A program made the position numbers and the translations under genes. Below, piece after piece: positions 48,180 through 58,900 of a stretch of 64,000 bases of DNA. The stretch is from an uncultured Gammaproteobacteria bacterium. Lineage in GTDB: Bacteria; Patescibacteriota; Microgenomatia; 2-02-FULL-39-11. The notes under the pieces are model-generated. The model saw only the letters and a list, made by a program, of their open reading frames with translations, was not told the origin of the DNA and made no database searches. Location of the stretch: NCBI GenBank assembly GCA_964362665.1, contig CAYIFB010000005.1, forward strand, positions 2,556 to 66,555, given 5' to 3'. Position 1 is the first letter of the stretch. Every line of letters begins with the position of its first letter.

Positions 48180-50147
48180 TTTTTGGGAAGGAAGAAGATT
48201 TAGGGCCGACGGAGATGAGTTTTCCAGATCGAGGGTGGGATTTTCAATTACCTTAACTTTTTTCAACTTCAGACTTCCGGTGGCAGTTATGGCTTCAGGA
48301 AATTGGGAGAGTTCATCTTCAATCTTTTTCATGTCACCCGAATCAAGTGGAATGAGGGATGCGGCGGTTTGAAGCTCTTTATAAGCTTCATCATACTTTT
48401 TTTGAGAGCGAAGCGCGACAGCCAGATCAAAGTGGGCATTAGCCAGGTCGGGTTTGAGATAGATTGCCTGGCGAAAGAGCATTTCCGCATCCGCATATTT
48501 TTTCAGATTAAGGTAAAGTACGCCTAAAGCAATCCTGTTTTTGGGAGACAGTGGATCCAGGGTGATTTTCTGCTGCTGGCTTTGGACGGCGAAGTTATCT
48601 GCGCCTGCTGCGTATCCGATGATATTGGAATAGGTTTTAGTCAGGTTGTCCCAGTTGATAACATTTGTGCGGAAAAGATTGACTGAAACACGGGCTTCAT
48701 CAATTGCCTGCTGGACCAGTCGGGGAATATTTTGTTGATCTTCAGCTGTGGGGTTCTTTTTAGATGCCAGAGCATTGGCCAGGGCCAAATTGGTTTGGGA
48801 GAGGGCATTGTGGTAGCGGTCGATATAGGGGTTAAGTTTTATGGCTTGCCTTTGGTAATTATAGGCAAGTGTTCCCTGATTATTGATCAGAGAATCCAAT
48901 GATTTTTTAAAATTCATTTCGGCGAAGTATGCTTTTCCTCCAAAAAAAATAACTAGAGAAAATATTATCAGAGAGGGTAAAATTAAGAGATATTTTAAAA
49001 ATCCCAGACTGGAAAAGTCTATTTCAAATGACGGTTTTTTACTCCCGGAAACAGCTAAAAGTATGATGGCCGTCGTCAAAAGTACCATACTGGTGGGAAG
49101 GATTATCTGCAGAAAAAGTATGGCGACTGCCATAATTTTGAAGGAATAAAAATTAGCGTTTTCATGATTTTTTATCAGAGCCTCTCCAAACAATTGTTTC
49201 ACTGCTTTAATAATAATTAAGACATACATTAAACCTGCAAATAATCCGTATTCAGTCAAAAGATTCAGAAGAAATGATGAGGAAGAGGTAAAAACTATAT
49301 TCCAGACAGGACTGCTGTTTATCGTCATGGGCTTGGAAAGTGTGAAAGCGGTAATAAAATTTGCAGGGCCAATTCCCAAGGCAAGCGTCCTGATGTTTTT
49401 TAAGGTTTCGAGCATTATAGACCAGCCGAAATTAAGGGGCAGAAGAATAGGCGACTGGTTGGTAGCAAGATGTATGGAAGTGATAATTGTAGCCGTTGTG
49501 ATGAGAAGTGCCGCGCTACCATAAAAAAGATAAAGATAACCCCAGGACCCTGATTGCATTATTTGGTTTTTTTCTTCACCATCTGAAATGAAATATTTTA
49601 AAAGGCAATAGATGGGATGAATCCCTAAAACGGCGAGAAATGTAACAGTTGAGAGGAGGCTTCCGGCCGGCGTTTGGATACTTTTGGGTAAAATTCCCAA
49701 ATAAAGAAAAATAAGATATAAAGATAATAAGACAGCATCAACCAAAAGAATCTGCATAAGGGTCGATTTATCATTTTCATCGACGGCATACGTCAAAAAA
49801 AGATAAAACAAAAAACCTTCAACAATAGTTGTAGTTGCAAGCGGGGTAGTGAGCGAGATAGCAAGATTTGGGGATTGGAAGAGGGTTGAGGCGATGACAA
49901 AGCCGGTGAGAAGCGAAAAGGGATATAAATAAATGTCTTTGATGACCATTAATTTCTGCTCTGTGATTATTCTGACCGACATCAGGATAAAGCCGACTGA
50001 GATAAATAAAGCCAGAAGAGCCATTTTGTTGTACTCATAATATTCAGGCACGATCTGAAGAAAAAATAAGGGGAAGAGAAAAACAAAGAGGAAAGTGGAA
50101 TATTTAATTATTTTTTTGATTGACATATATTTCGCAATGTCTATCAC
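48150..50147 (-). CDS. O-antigen ligase / Wzy_C-domain polytopic membrane protein with C-terminal TPR repeats (PglL/WaaL-like oligosaccharide transferase or polymerase)
   Basis: About 12 TM helices with a large loop of the Wzy_C type. The C-terminal roughly 250 aa hold TPR-like repeats ('YADAEMLFRQAIYLKPDLANAHFDLAVALRSQKKYDEAYKELQTA'). Confidence 0.6.
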   Translation of the reverse strand: MIDIAKYMSIKKIIKYSTFLFVFLFPLFFLQIVPEYYEYNKMALLALFISVGFILMSVRIITEQKLMVIKDIYLYPFSLLTGFVIASTLFQSPNLAISLTTPLATTTIVEGFLFYLFLTYAVDENDKSTLMQILLVDAVLLSLYLIFLYLGILPKSIQTPAGSLLSTVTFLAVLGIHPIYCLLKYFISDGEEKNQIMQSGSWGYLYLFYGSAALLITTATIITSIHLATNQSPILLPLNFGWSIMLETLKNIRTLALGIGPANFITAFTLSKPMTINSSPVWNIVFTSSSSFLLNLLTEYGLFAGLMYVLIIIKAVKQLFGEALIKNHENANFYSFKIMAVAILFLQIILPTSMVLLTTAIILLAVSGSKKPSFEIDFSSLGFLKYLLILPSLIIFSLVIFFGGKAYFAEMNFKKSLDSLINNQGTLAYNYQRQAIKLNPYIDRYHNALSQTNLALANALASKKNPTAEDQQNIPRLVQQAIDEARVSVNLFRTNVINWDNLTKTYSNIIGYAAGADNFAVQSQQQKITLDPLSPKNRIALGVLYLNLKKYADAEMLFRQAIYLKPDLANAHFDLAVALRSQKKYDEAYKELQTAASLIPLDSGDMKKIEDELSQFPEAITATGSLKLKKVKVIENPTLDLENSSPSALNLLPSQKLIPTVVPQQ

Positions 50148-50234
50148 GGGTCCTGCCGCAAGTTTCCCTCCCGCCAGTACTCGACTCGGATTCTCGTTTG
50201 CGTGCTGTCGGGATCCCTTCCTCTTGCGTCACCC
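50148..50234 (+). repeat. family A repeat copy 5, immediately upstream of the start of 48150-50147
   Basis: gggtcctgccgcaagtttccctcccgccagtactcgactcggattctcgtttgcgtgctgtcgggatcccttcctcttgcgtcaccc. Confidence 0.65.
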
Positions 50235-50352
50235 GCTTATCCTTAATTATTATCTAAAACGACGGGATTCTCAAGGAGGGGATTTCAGGTATCAGGTGTC
50301 AGGTATCAGGTGTCAGAACTAAAACCTATAACCTAAAACCTGCAACCTTACA

Positions 50353-51438
50353 TTACTGTTCGAAACAGTAAAGACGAAGCGATGAGTTGCAGGCGCTTGA
50401 GGTAAAATTTGTCCAATCGTTGGTATCAAAGTTGGCATTTTTCCCGACCCTTGATGTCCTGTTGGAAGCATTTGAAGTAAAACTCGTACAGGTAGTAGTG
50501 CCTCCTGTGTTGAGAATATTTCCGGCAATATTGGTGTTTGTCCAGACATTGGAATTTATTGTTGTATTAATCTGGCTTAAATTTATTGGAGCACCTAGAA
50601 CTCCATCTGTCAGGTCAGTCCAGTCGTCAGCGATTTTGGTAGTTTGATTAATTAAAAGATAAGGATCTAAAGAATGGGTCAGTCTGGAAGCAGCGCTCAC
50701 CGTAGTACTTGAAAGCCAGGCTTTCCATGTGCCTCCCAGCGAGGCATTGTCGGCAAGTGTTTGGCACTTGGTATCCGCACCGGATAAACCGCCCAGATTT
50801 CCGTTATAAGTTGTGGAGGAGATAAAGACTCTTTTGGCATGAAGACTACAGGCGCCGTTTCCGTTACAAGCATTGTAACCGCCTCCGCATTCTGAAAAAA
50901 TATCCAGTCCGTCTGCGATATTGACGATATTCCCGTTTGCGCATTGATTACAGGCACCGGAAGGGTTGGTGTTGTCCGGACAATACAGACCGTCATTAAT
51001 ATCCGGAGTAGTAAGAGAGAGCATGACGTTTCTGCGACGGGCATTATCCGGAGGAGAACTGGAAATGATCTGTGTCGTGTTTGATGGTAGTCCGTCTGAA
51101 TCTGAATCTATCATCCAGAGGGGAGTTCCAATATATAATGATCCACCGGTAAAGATAACAATTGATCCACCTGTCTGAATAGATAATTTTCCCATAGCAA
51201 ATTTTTGTGTGACTCCGACTGTCAAGGTGCCTGTTTTACTTACGGCGAGGACAGCGGTATTGGTTGTGTTAGTACCGGCATCCACACCATTGACATTTCC
51301 ACTAAAGGTGCAACTGGTGGAAATAGTCAAATCTCCGGATGGGGCAACATTACTACAATCAGCGGCGAAGACCGATTTAGAACGCGAAGAATAAAGAATA
51401 AAGAATAGTAAAACTATTGAAAGTAATTTCTTTTTCAA
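50353..51438 (-). CDS. secreted cysteine-containing protein, a stand-alone copy of the C-terminal roughly 330-aa module of the 1430-aa protein
   Basis: Signal peptide 'MKKKLLSIVLLFFILYSSRSKSVFA'. Shares an ordered set of motifs with the C-terminus of 55999-60291 ('WMIDSDSDGLP', 'KVF..TT', 'GADT.CQ', 'AWLS.TT', 'RLT', 'WTNT', 'TC', 'L.LYC.(E/Q)Q'). Confidence 0.55.
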   Translation of the reverse strand: MKKKLLSIVLLFFILYSSRSKSVFAADCSNVAPSGDLTISTSCTFSGNVNGVDAGTNTTNTAVLAVSKTGTLTVGVTQKFAMGKLSIQTGGSIVIFTGGSLYIGTPLWMIDSDSDGLPSNTTQIISSSPPDNARRRNVMLSLTTPDINDGLYCPDNTNPSGACNQCANGNIVNIADGLDIFSECGGGYNACNGNGACSLHAKRVFISSTTYNGNLGGLSGADTKCQTLADNASLGGTWKAWLSSTTVSAASRLTHSLDPYLLINQTTKIADDWTDLTDGVLGAPINLSQINTTINSNVWTNTNIAGNILNTGGTTTCTSFTSNASNRTSRVGKNANFDTNDWTNFTSSACNSSLRLYCFEQ

Positions 51439-51443
51439 AGAGG

Positions 51444-52004
51444 TTATCGTAAATTAATTTCTAATTGCGACGTCTGGGTTCCGCTGGCGGCTTCAAAATT
51501 AATTTTATATTTACTGTCCGTCGTATCCGATACCTGCCAAGTGCCTTCCCAAGTGCCGAAAATGTCCGATCCCTGAGTTCTCGACAGGGGAACGGTAGCC
51601 GACTTATTATCAGTAGTTACAACAGCATTAATACTGTTAATGCTTGTATCAAAATAAGCCGTGACGCTTATTTTTTGGGTATCGCCGACAAAGGGTCCGT
51701 AGGGGTCGAGATACCCTCTGGTAAATTTAGGTCCCGGGCGGTTGCCTCCGCCGACGGTGAAGCTTTTCATACTGTGCGGTAAAGGAATAGGAGATGGTGA
51801 CGGAAATAAAATCGGAGTCGAGGTGACGATTGATCGTGAGCTGCGTCGCGGAGAATCCAATCTGACACGGTTAAAATCTTGAATCTGAGGAATTGAGGGA
51901 AACAAAAAACTGAAAGTTTCAGGAATACGGTAAATTATAACTAAAATAATGATTACCGCAATTAATCCAATAACCGTAAATTTCTTTTTTCTCGACGAAA
52001 GCAT
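51444..52004 (-). CDS. small N-terminally anchored protein, paralog of 60310-60870
   Basis: N-terminal TM anchor. Pro-rich linker 'PSPSPIPLP'. C-terminal domain shares 'VTTDNKS...GTWEGTWQV.D....Y..NFEA..G' with the other copy. Confidence 0.45.
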   Translation of the reverse strand: MLSSRKKKFTVIGLIAVIIILVIIYRIPETFSFLFPSIPQIQDFNRVRLDSPRRSSRSIVTSTPILFPSPSPIPLPHSMKSFTVGGGNRPGPKFTRGYLDPYGPFVGDTQKISVTAYFDTSINSINAVVTTDNKSATVPLSRTQGSDIFGTWEGTWQVSDTTDSKYKINFEAASGTQTSQLEINLR

Positions 52005-52054
52005 AATTTACTTATATTGAATCACATTTCTGATAAATTCTCAAGAAAAAAAGA

Positions 52055-55000
52055 TTATTGCAGTACGTCCTGAATTTCCAGAGAGGTTAAATCATTGGTG
52101 TTGGCGCCTGGAACAGGAGAACTGCTGTAAGGAATATAGTTCAAGCTGGAAGAGTCTATTCTGTAATTTGACGAAGTGTTGTTATTGTAGAATTGAACTT
52201 GAATTTTATTGTAATCTTTAAGAGCCGTCACAACTGTATTTTTATTAACCCAGCCGTGGGCTATTTTGGTAAAGTTTTTTGAAGATGTTGTCTTTGTACC
52301 GTCATTATTAAAAAGCGTAATCATCATACCTGTTTTGCCAGCTAAGATGTTTGAGTCAAGATAATTCATGACATTAAAAGTAAGCGTATTACCTGCATGG
52401 CCGGCAAAGACAATAATTTGGGTAATTTTTTCGGAATTGAGTATTGAACTTGACGGAGAAAATTTGAAAGCATACTTACCGTCATAAACTTTTGAGGAAT
52501 CCAGTTTATCTCTGGCATCCAGTTTTTTGGCGGTCCAGAGGTCAGGCAGTAAATTAAAGTCAAGATCGATATCGAATGAAGAATTCAAAATCACCGGAGG
52601 ACTGACAGTTGGAGTCGGTGTTGGAGTCGGGGTAACCGTCGGAGTGGGAGACGGGGTATAAGTTGGAGTAAGAGTTACCGTTGGCGTCGGTGTGTTTGTC
52701 GGGGTTACCGTCAAGGTGACGGTAGGAGTTGGTGTAAAGGTTGGTGTTGGTGTTCGTGTAGGAGTTACAGTGGGCGTACTGGTTGGAGTAGTCGTGGGAG
52801 TAGGCGTATTTGTAGGAGTTGCTGTTGGAGTTATGGTAGGAGTTGGTGTCCTGGTCGGGGTTACCGAAGGAGTTGGCGTACTTGTCGGCGTGGAGGTAGG
52901 AGTTGGTGTAGAGGTTGGAGTTGGTGTCCTGGTCGGGGTTACCGAAGGAGTTGGCGTACTTGTCGGAGTCAATGTTACCGTCGGAGTGATTGTCGGTGTT
53001 ATTGTTGGAGTCGGTGTTCTGGTTGGGGTAACCGTAGGAGAAGGCGTACTAGTTGGCGTTAGAGTCGCCGTCGGAGTAATAGTTGGTGTTAAGGAAGGCG
53101 TTGGTGTTCTGGTTGGCCTAGACGTTGGAGAAGGAGTAGAAGTAATGGTAGGAGAAGGAATAGTCGGGTAAAAATAAAGCCCGCCGTCGGTATAATTTAC
53201 AAAGTTACCAGAAGTGACGATATTTCCCTGTGATATATCCGCAAAAACCTGGTCAAAAGAATTGGCGGAAATCTGGGTTTCTTTATTTATCCCTAGTTCA
53301 AAACTGTAAACATCGTCATTGCCGTTTCTGTAGTCTATCCAAATCATCTGATTGCCCGAAATTCTGGGATTTATCTGGCTGCAGGGGTTGGAGGTGATTT
53401 GAGTTGTGGCTGACGAGTTCAGATCGTACATATAAATATCGGAGTTTGTACCGCCCCAGACACAGGAAGTATTGCCGATATTCCTTTCGTCAGTCCAGAT
53501 TATTTTAGTCCCATCAATCGCCGGAGTGTACTGGTTGGCTGACTCGCTGGTGATTTGCGTTTCGATTCCTGAAGTTAAATTTTTCATATAAATATCAGGG
53601 TTACCGTTGCGGTTATCCTGCCAGACAATATTGTCACCTGAGACTTGAGGATTGGTCTGGTCATGGGATTCAGTTGAAACCTGTTGAATTGGACAATTGC
53701 CGCTTACTGGATCAAAAATACACGTATAGATGTCATTATTACCGCTTGAATTATCCTGCCAGACTATTCGAGTGCCTGAAACTGACGGAAAAAGATTAGA
53801 GTCGGAAGACACCGGAATTTTTTTCTCCGGACACGCTCCTCCAACAGGATCATACAGACAAGCGTAGACATCCCATTTACTGTTCCTGAAATCCTGATAG
53901 GTGATATAGTTTCCGGAAATCCGCGGATAAAGATTGACGGTAGAGCTGTATGCTAACCATCTATTACTACAGATGTTGCCATTACTTATTGTACAAACCT
54001 CCAGTTGTCCACTGGGACTAGGATCATAAGGATCATCGTAAACCCAGACAAAATTAATACCGGAAACTCCAAAATAATACTCGGGTCCCAAGACATCAAA
54101 TATCTGATATGACTGATAGCTTTCAATAGTTACCTGTACCACATCAGTAAAGATATGGTTGGTGTTGTCCGTCGCTTCCAGCTTTAGCAGGTAATCTCCC
54201 GGGGGTAGGGCGTGATAATCCCAGGTAGTTAATTTAGTAAACGTTGATACAGGGGTAAAGACCGGAGAATTTATGGGAGTCCAGACGGAGGGGTTAGTGA
54301 AAGGAGCATAAAAAAGCTGGTACTGTTTAAAATCTGTTCCAAATGCCCAGCCTAAAATATCCGTCTGAAGGTTTTGCAGGCTTAAGCCGAGCCGAAATCC
54401 CGGAAAAAAGAGTGCTGCATCCAAAGCGGAATTCATACTGACTGCCTTAAATGCATTAACTCTTCCCGCTCCGGTCTTCTGGTCAAAACCGGCAATATCT
54501 ACATCATCTGCAGAGGATTTGAGTATCTGCCTGACATTTTCCCCGGAAAGTGCGGGATTATGGGCTTTAACGAGCGCTGCAACACCTGATACATACGCGG
54601 CTGACATTGAGGTACTTCCTAAACGCAAATAATTTGTTCCAACAATCAGATTAGGATCACAGACGCCAATGTAGCAGGTGGATGTTTTTAGGGATAGAAT
54701 GTTATTTTGGGGTAAATAGTTTGGCGGTGGATTTGTTGTGCCGGAGCCTGGCGCACTAAGGTCAAGCTGGACGCCGTAATTGGAAAAAGAGGACAGTTGG
54801 TCATTTTGATCCAGAGACGCAACCACAACCGGTTTTTGCTGACCCCACGAGGCACGCACCTGGTTTTGCGGGGCATAATACCTGACATCATCACTGAAGT
54901 TGCCGGCGGCAAAAACTACCACAGACCCGGCGTTGATGGCATTGGAAATTGCCGTCTGCAGCAAGTTATAGTAATAACAGCGTGAGTTGCAGCTCCAGCT

Positions 55001-55966
55001 GTTATTGATTACTTTAGCGCCTTTAGTGACTGCTCGATTAATGGCGTCTGCCGCCATAGCTAAGGTGCCCGAACCATCATAATCAAATGCTTTAAAAGCT
55101 ATAATTTTCGATTCAGGAGCCACCCCGATAACACCGAGATTATTATTTCCCATGGCCGCAATAATTCCGGCGACGTGCGTACCATGACCATTATCGTCTT
55201 TGACATCACTCGTACCAATAAATAAATTATATCCACCCGGGGCAACTTGAGGACATGTATTGGCATCGACTTGGCTTAGAGTACATCCTCCAAATTCGGG
55301 ATGAGTATAATCGATTCCTGTGTCAATTGTGGCCACCAGTACGCTGTTACCACTTCCATCTTTGCCTTTCGTGATATCCCAGGCCGGTTCCAGATTCATT
55401 TTACTTGTCTTTAGAGCCCAGAGATCGTCGTATCCCTGTCCCCAGCTGTTAGACGAGGAAAAGTAAGGGTCATTGGGGGTAAAAGAAGTTTTTAAAATAT
55501 AGTTTGGCTGGGCATATTCGACGACTCCTGATTTCAGTAAGCTATTGATGATTTCCGGAACAGGCACGTCTGATGAGGAAAAAACAATTTTATAGATTTT
55601 ACTTAAATCAGTACCGGTTGGGGATTTAGTTTTAAAAACATTACCAAATGATTTTATGGGATACCTCTTATGGAGGTTAGAGATGGACGCGGGAATTGAA
55701 TTTGCATCCAAATCTGTCAGGGTGACATTGTCTTTTAGTAAATCTTTGCCAACACTGTCGCTTTTGACCGACAAGCCTTTCTGGTCGTCTTTCAGTTTGA
55801 GGATAACTTCACCGTGGACAAATTCTTCGCTTTTAACTTCTTTATTTTTTTTATTAGTCTGACTGTTTCCTTGGATAATCTGCGGATGGAGGAAAAAAAT
55901 AAAGACGGTTAAGAAAGAGATTATCAGGACGAGGTAACTTCGTAATTTAGTCTTTAACACATTCAA
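52055..55966 (-). CDS. giant secreted subtilisin-family (S8) serine protease with PD40-type beta-propeller repeats, a roughly 210-aa Pro/Thr-rich linker and a C-terminal domain of unknown function
   Basis: Signal peptide. Catalytic-triad blocks '[15 protein letters not shown]' (Asp), '[15 protein letters not shown]' (His), '[16 protein letters not shown]' (Ser). Five repeats of '(S/D)G..I(V/T/I)(W/Y)QD.RNGN.DIY...L' (PD40-like). Linker '[13 protein letters not shown]...' repeated many times. Confidence 0.8.
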   Translation of the reverse strand: MNVLKTKLRSYLVLIISFLTVFIFFLHPQIIQGNSQTNKKNKEVKSEEFVHGEVILKLKDDQKGLSVKSDSVGKDLLKDNVTLTDLDANSIPASISNLHKRYPIKSFGNVFKTKSPTGTDLSKIYKIVFSSSDVPVPEIINSLLKSGVVEYAQPNYILKTSFTPNDPYFSSSNSWGQGYDDLWALKTSKMNLEPAWDITKGKDGSGNSVLVATIDTGIDYTHPEFGGCTLSQVDANTCPQVAPGGYNLFIGTSDVKDDNGHGTHVAGIIAAMGNNNLGVIGVAPESKIIAFKAFDYDGSGTLAMAADAINRAVTKGAKVINNSWSCNSRCYYYNLLQTAISNAINAGSVVVFAAGNFSDDVRYYAPQNQVRASWGQQKPVVVASLDQNDQLSSFSNYGVQLDLSAPGSGTTNPPPNYLPQNNILSLKTSTCYIGVCDPNLIVGTNYLRLGSTSMSAAYVSGVAALVKAHNPALSGENVRQILKSSADDVDIAGFDQKTGAGRVNAFKAVSMNSALDAALFFPGFRLGLSLQNLQTDILGWAFGTDFKQYQLFYAPFTNPSVWTPINSPVFTPVSTFTKLTTWDYHALPPGDYLLKLEATDNTNHIFTDVVQVTIESYQSYQIFDVLGPEYYFGVSGINFVWVYDDPYDPSPSGQLEVCTISNGNICSNRWLAYSSTVNLYPRISGNYITYQDFRNSKWDVYACLYDPVGGACPEKKIPVSSDSNLFPSVSGTRIVWQDNSSGNNDIYTCIFDPVSGNCPIQQVSTESHDQTNPQVSGDNIVWQDNRNGNPDIYMKNLTSGIETQITSESANQYTPAIDGTKIIWTDERNIGNTSCVWGGTNSDIYMYDLNSSATTQITSNPCSQINPRISGNQMIWIDYRNGNDDVYSFELGINKETQISANSFDQVFADISQGNIVTSGNFVNYTDGGLYFYPTIPSPTITSTPSPTSRPTRTPTPSLTPTITPTATLTPTSTPSPTVTPTRTPTPTITPTITPTVTLTPTSTPTPSVTPTRTPTPTSTPTPTSTPTSTPTPSVTPTRTPTPTITPTATPTNTPTPTTTPTSTPTVTPTRTPTPTFTPTPTVTLTVTPTNTPTPTVTLTPTYTPSPTPTVTPTPTPTPTVSPPVILNSSFDIDLDFNLLPDLWTAKKLDARDKLDSSKVYDGKYAFKFSPSSSILNSEKITQIIVFAGHAGNTLTFNVMNYLDSNILAGKTGMMITLFNNDGTKTTSSKNFTKIAHGWVNKNTVVTALKDYNKIQVQFYNNNTSSNYRIDSSSLNYIPYSSSPVPGANTNDLTSLEIQDVLQ
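52600..53160 (-). repeat. tandem low-complexity (ACN-CCN)n coding repeat encoding the Pro/Thr linker
   Basis: Plus strand reads (ggt/agt/tgt...gg(a/t/c)gt)n, giving the antisense VGVGV shadow ORF 52692-53171. The sense strand encodes the TPT/PTP repeat. Confidence 0.7.
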
Positions 55967-55998
55967 AAGGCGATTAACGAAAAGGATTATAAACTACT

Positions 55999-58900
55999 TT
56001 ATTGCTGGATACAATAGAGTGCGAGAGTTGCGTTATTACAATAGGCAGATTGAGCTGGAAGTTGAGTCCAAGTCGATGTAGCGCTATCGTTTGTTCCGAT
56101 TTTGCCAGTATTAGAAGATGTCCCGTCTGTCCAATTTTGACAGGTTCCGGCAAGGGTATTATCATTAATTGTTCCGGTTGAGGTTGTATTTGTCCAAATA
56201 TTTTTTTGAGTAGTGATCCCTGCTGCGCTTTTACTGATGGGATTGACCAAACTACCGCTAGAGAATCCCGCAAAACTATTGGCGACTACGGTTCCATCCA
56301 CCAAAGTGTACTTGTAAGGTCCGGGAGTCAATCGGGCAGGAGCAGGAGTTGTAGTATTAGACAACCATGCTCTATAAGTGCCATATAATCCGGCAGCATT
56401 TGCTTGATTTTGGCAGAAAGTATCAGCTCCGCCTACCCCAGCAAAATTTCCATCATGGTTAGTAGTCGTATAAAATACTTTTCTAGGTGTACAGTCTCTA
56501 TTGGCAGTGGCTAAAGCCGGATCGCAGTCCCGTGTAAACCAGCCGTTAGTAGCTAGTTGAGAAGGTTTTTTATAACCGGGCGGAACCGTAATCATGATAG
56601 TTGGCGTCAGGCTATCAGGGTAGTTGTCTCCGTCAGCATCAGGGTAGACAGGATAGCCTTGCTGGATTTTAGAATTAGTAGCGTGAACAATCGATCCATT
56701 GATAATAATTTTTTGGCCAGGTTCCCAGACAAAAGTATAATTGGAAGGCATCGTAAAAGTGGTACCGCTGCCGATAGTAAGATTTCCGCCCGAAACAAAA
56801 TCAATTCCAGTGGCCGGAGTACAACTCCAGGTAAAATTGACATTTCCAGTGCCGGTATTACAGATTCCGGCAGTTCCGGTTGGCATTGGGGTGGTAATAA
56901 TAGAAGGAGCGGGATTCACAGGAAGAGATGTTCCTGTAGAATTTTGGGCTCTGACACGATAATAGTATGTGGTTCCCGGTAGAAGATAATCTACTGCTAC
57001 GGCCATAGTGGGTGCGGGTATAAACATTCCCGGCGGGGTGTTATCAGCTGTTTCTCCAAATGAGGGAATATATTGGTTAAAGGTTGAATCACGGGCAACT
57101 TCCACATAATATCCTGTCGGTCCAGGATTTGAAGACCAGTTTATCTGAAAGTATTTATAGGTGACGTTTGAAGCTGCGTTGAGGGTCGGAGTAGAACTGT
57201 AGGTTGTAACAGTGCCGGGAGATGTATAACTACTAACAGAACCCGCAGAGTTGACAGATGCCACTTTATAGTAATAAGTAGTTCCAGCAGAAACTCCCGT
57301 ATTCACGGAAGCAAAAGCGGTACCAACAGAGCCAGGATTATAGCTTGAGAGGGGTGAGGAAAAATCAGAGTTGTCGTCGACCATGACATTATAGGTTGAG
57401 GCGCCTGTCATAGAATCATATGAAAAGAAAAAACCGCTATCAGCGATGTTGAAAGACTGCAACGAAACATTGGTCGGAGTAGTCGGAGCAGTAAGGACTG
57501 TAACTTTATTGGATAGTGCACTATCACCGCTGGCAAATGTAGCTTTCAGGCAATAATAATATGTAGTATTGGCGCTTAAACCATTGGTGATGGAATATTG
57601 GGTAACATTACCGATATTATAAAGATTGCAGGTTCCTCCACCACAATTAGATGAAGTAATTGGAGATGTACTGCAATCAGAATTGGTCGTGACGCTTAAT
57701 TTATAGCTGGTAGCCCCGGTCACAGCCGCCCAACTACCGGTGAAACTGTTTTCATTGATAGTATTTGGTTTGATGGAAACTGCCGTAAGTGCCCAACCCT
57801 GAGCACCGCTTGAGGGAATAGTCCAAGACATCGTAACAGAATTAGCGCCTGATTGTGTGCTTCCCCTGCCATTCCATGCATTGTCAGAAGAAGTACTCCA
57901 CTGGAGTGTTTGACTAGCGCCTTTAGTCGCATCTGTCGTAGTATTCCAAAAAGTTAAAGCATCGACTACGATTTCTCCCGGGGCGCTTGTAACATTTACC
58001 GAAGCAGAGGTCACCCCAGATCCTCCAAAATTAGAAGCAAAAATTCCTAGAGGAGTTATTTGATTTGCCCCAGTAAAACTTATTGCGCCGGTTTGCATCC
58101 AGTCATTGCCTCCGGGGGTAACCACTATAGTATTTGTTCCGGTAGGAGGATTTACTAAATACCATAATTCCGAGCGAGAAAAATCACCGGATCCAGCCTG
58201 CACCGCCCCGCTTTTGGTTAGTGCAACTCCATTGTATGTCACACTGGTGACAGAGTTATATGATCTTTTACTCACTCCAACTACCAATAAGCGGTTTACT
58301 CCTGATACTGTATGAGACCAACTGAGACTTGCTACATTTGCTCCGGCTGAAGATGAAGTGGTGTCGATTGCCAAAGTTGAGGTTGCAGAATTGGCAACGG
58401 GAGTTGCAAGAGTGGTGACTGTAATTGTGCTAGAGTTTACACCAGTTCCACCACCCACAGAATCGGTTGCCCTTACTCTGTAATAATAGGTAGTGTTGGC
58501 TGATAAACCTGTGACAGAGTAGGTAGTGACATTACCTACAGCCTTAGCGTTACATGACCCTCCTCCACAGCCTGTTGCTACAAACGAGGTAAAGCCGCTG
58601 TCTGTAGCCACATCCAGCGTATACCCATCTGCACCGCTTCCTGACTGGGTATTCCAGTTGGCAGAGAAGCTTGTATCAATTACATTTGTTGCGGCGGTCG
58701 CTGCAACTTGAGCCGGTTGATAAGTGATAGTAAGGAATGGTTTATATGCGGCATTAGTATTATCCGCCGTGGCAAGGTTGATATCTTCACGTCCGGCTGG
58801 AGCAGTGTTATTAGTATCTTTATTGCTACTGAGGCAATAATAAGTAGATCCGCCATAACTGGTATCTTTAGTAATCCATGACGTACTTAAATTAGCGCTT

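Noticed and set aside
52692-53171. 159-aa ORF on the plus strand encoding (VGVGV)n
   Set aside because: It is the antisense shadow of the Pro/Thr-linker coding repeat of the minus-strand subtilase gene. The open frame is produced by the low-complexity repeat.
56557-56982. 141-aa Arg/Ser-rich plus-strand ORF inside the 1430-aa gene
   Set aside because: It is antisense to the FN3-protein coding sequence. Composition-driven.
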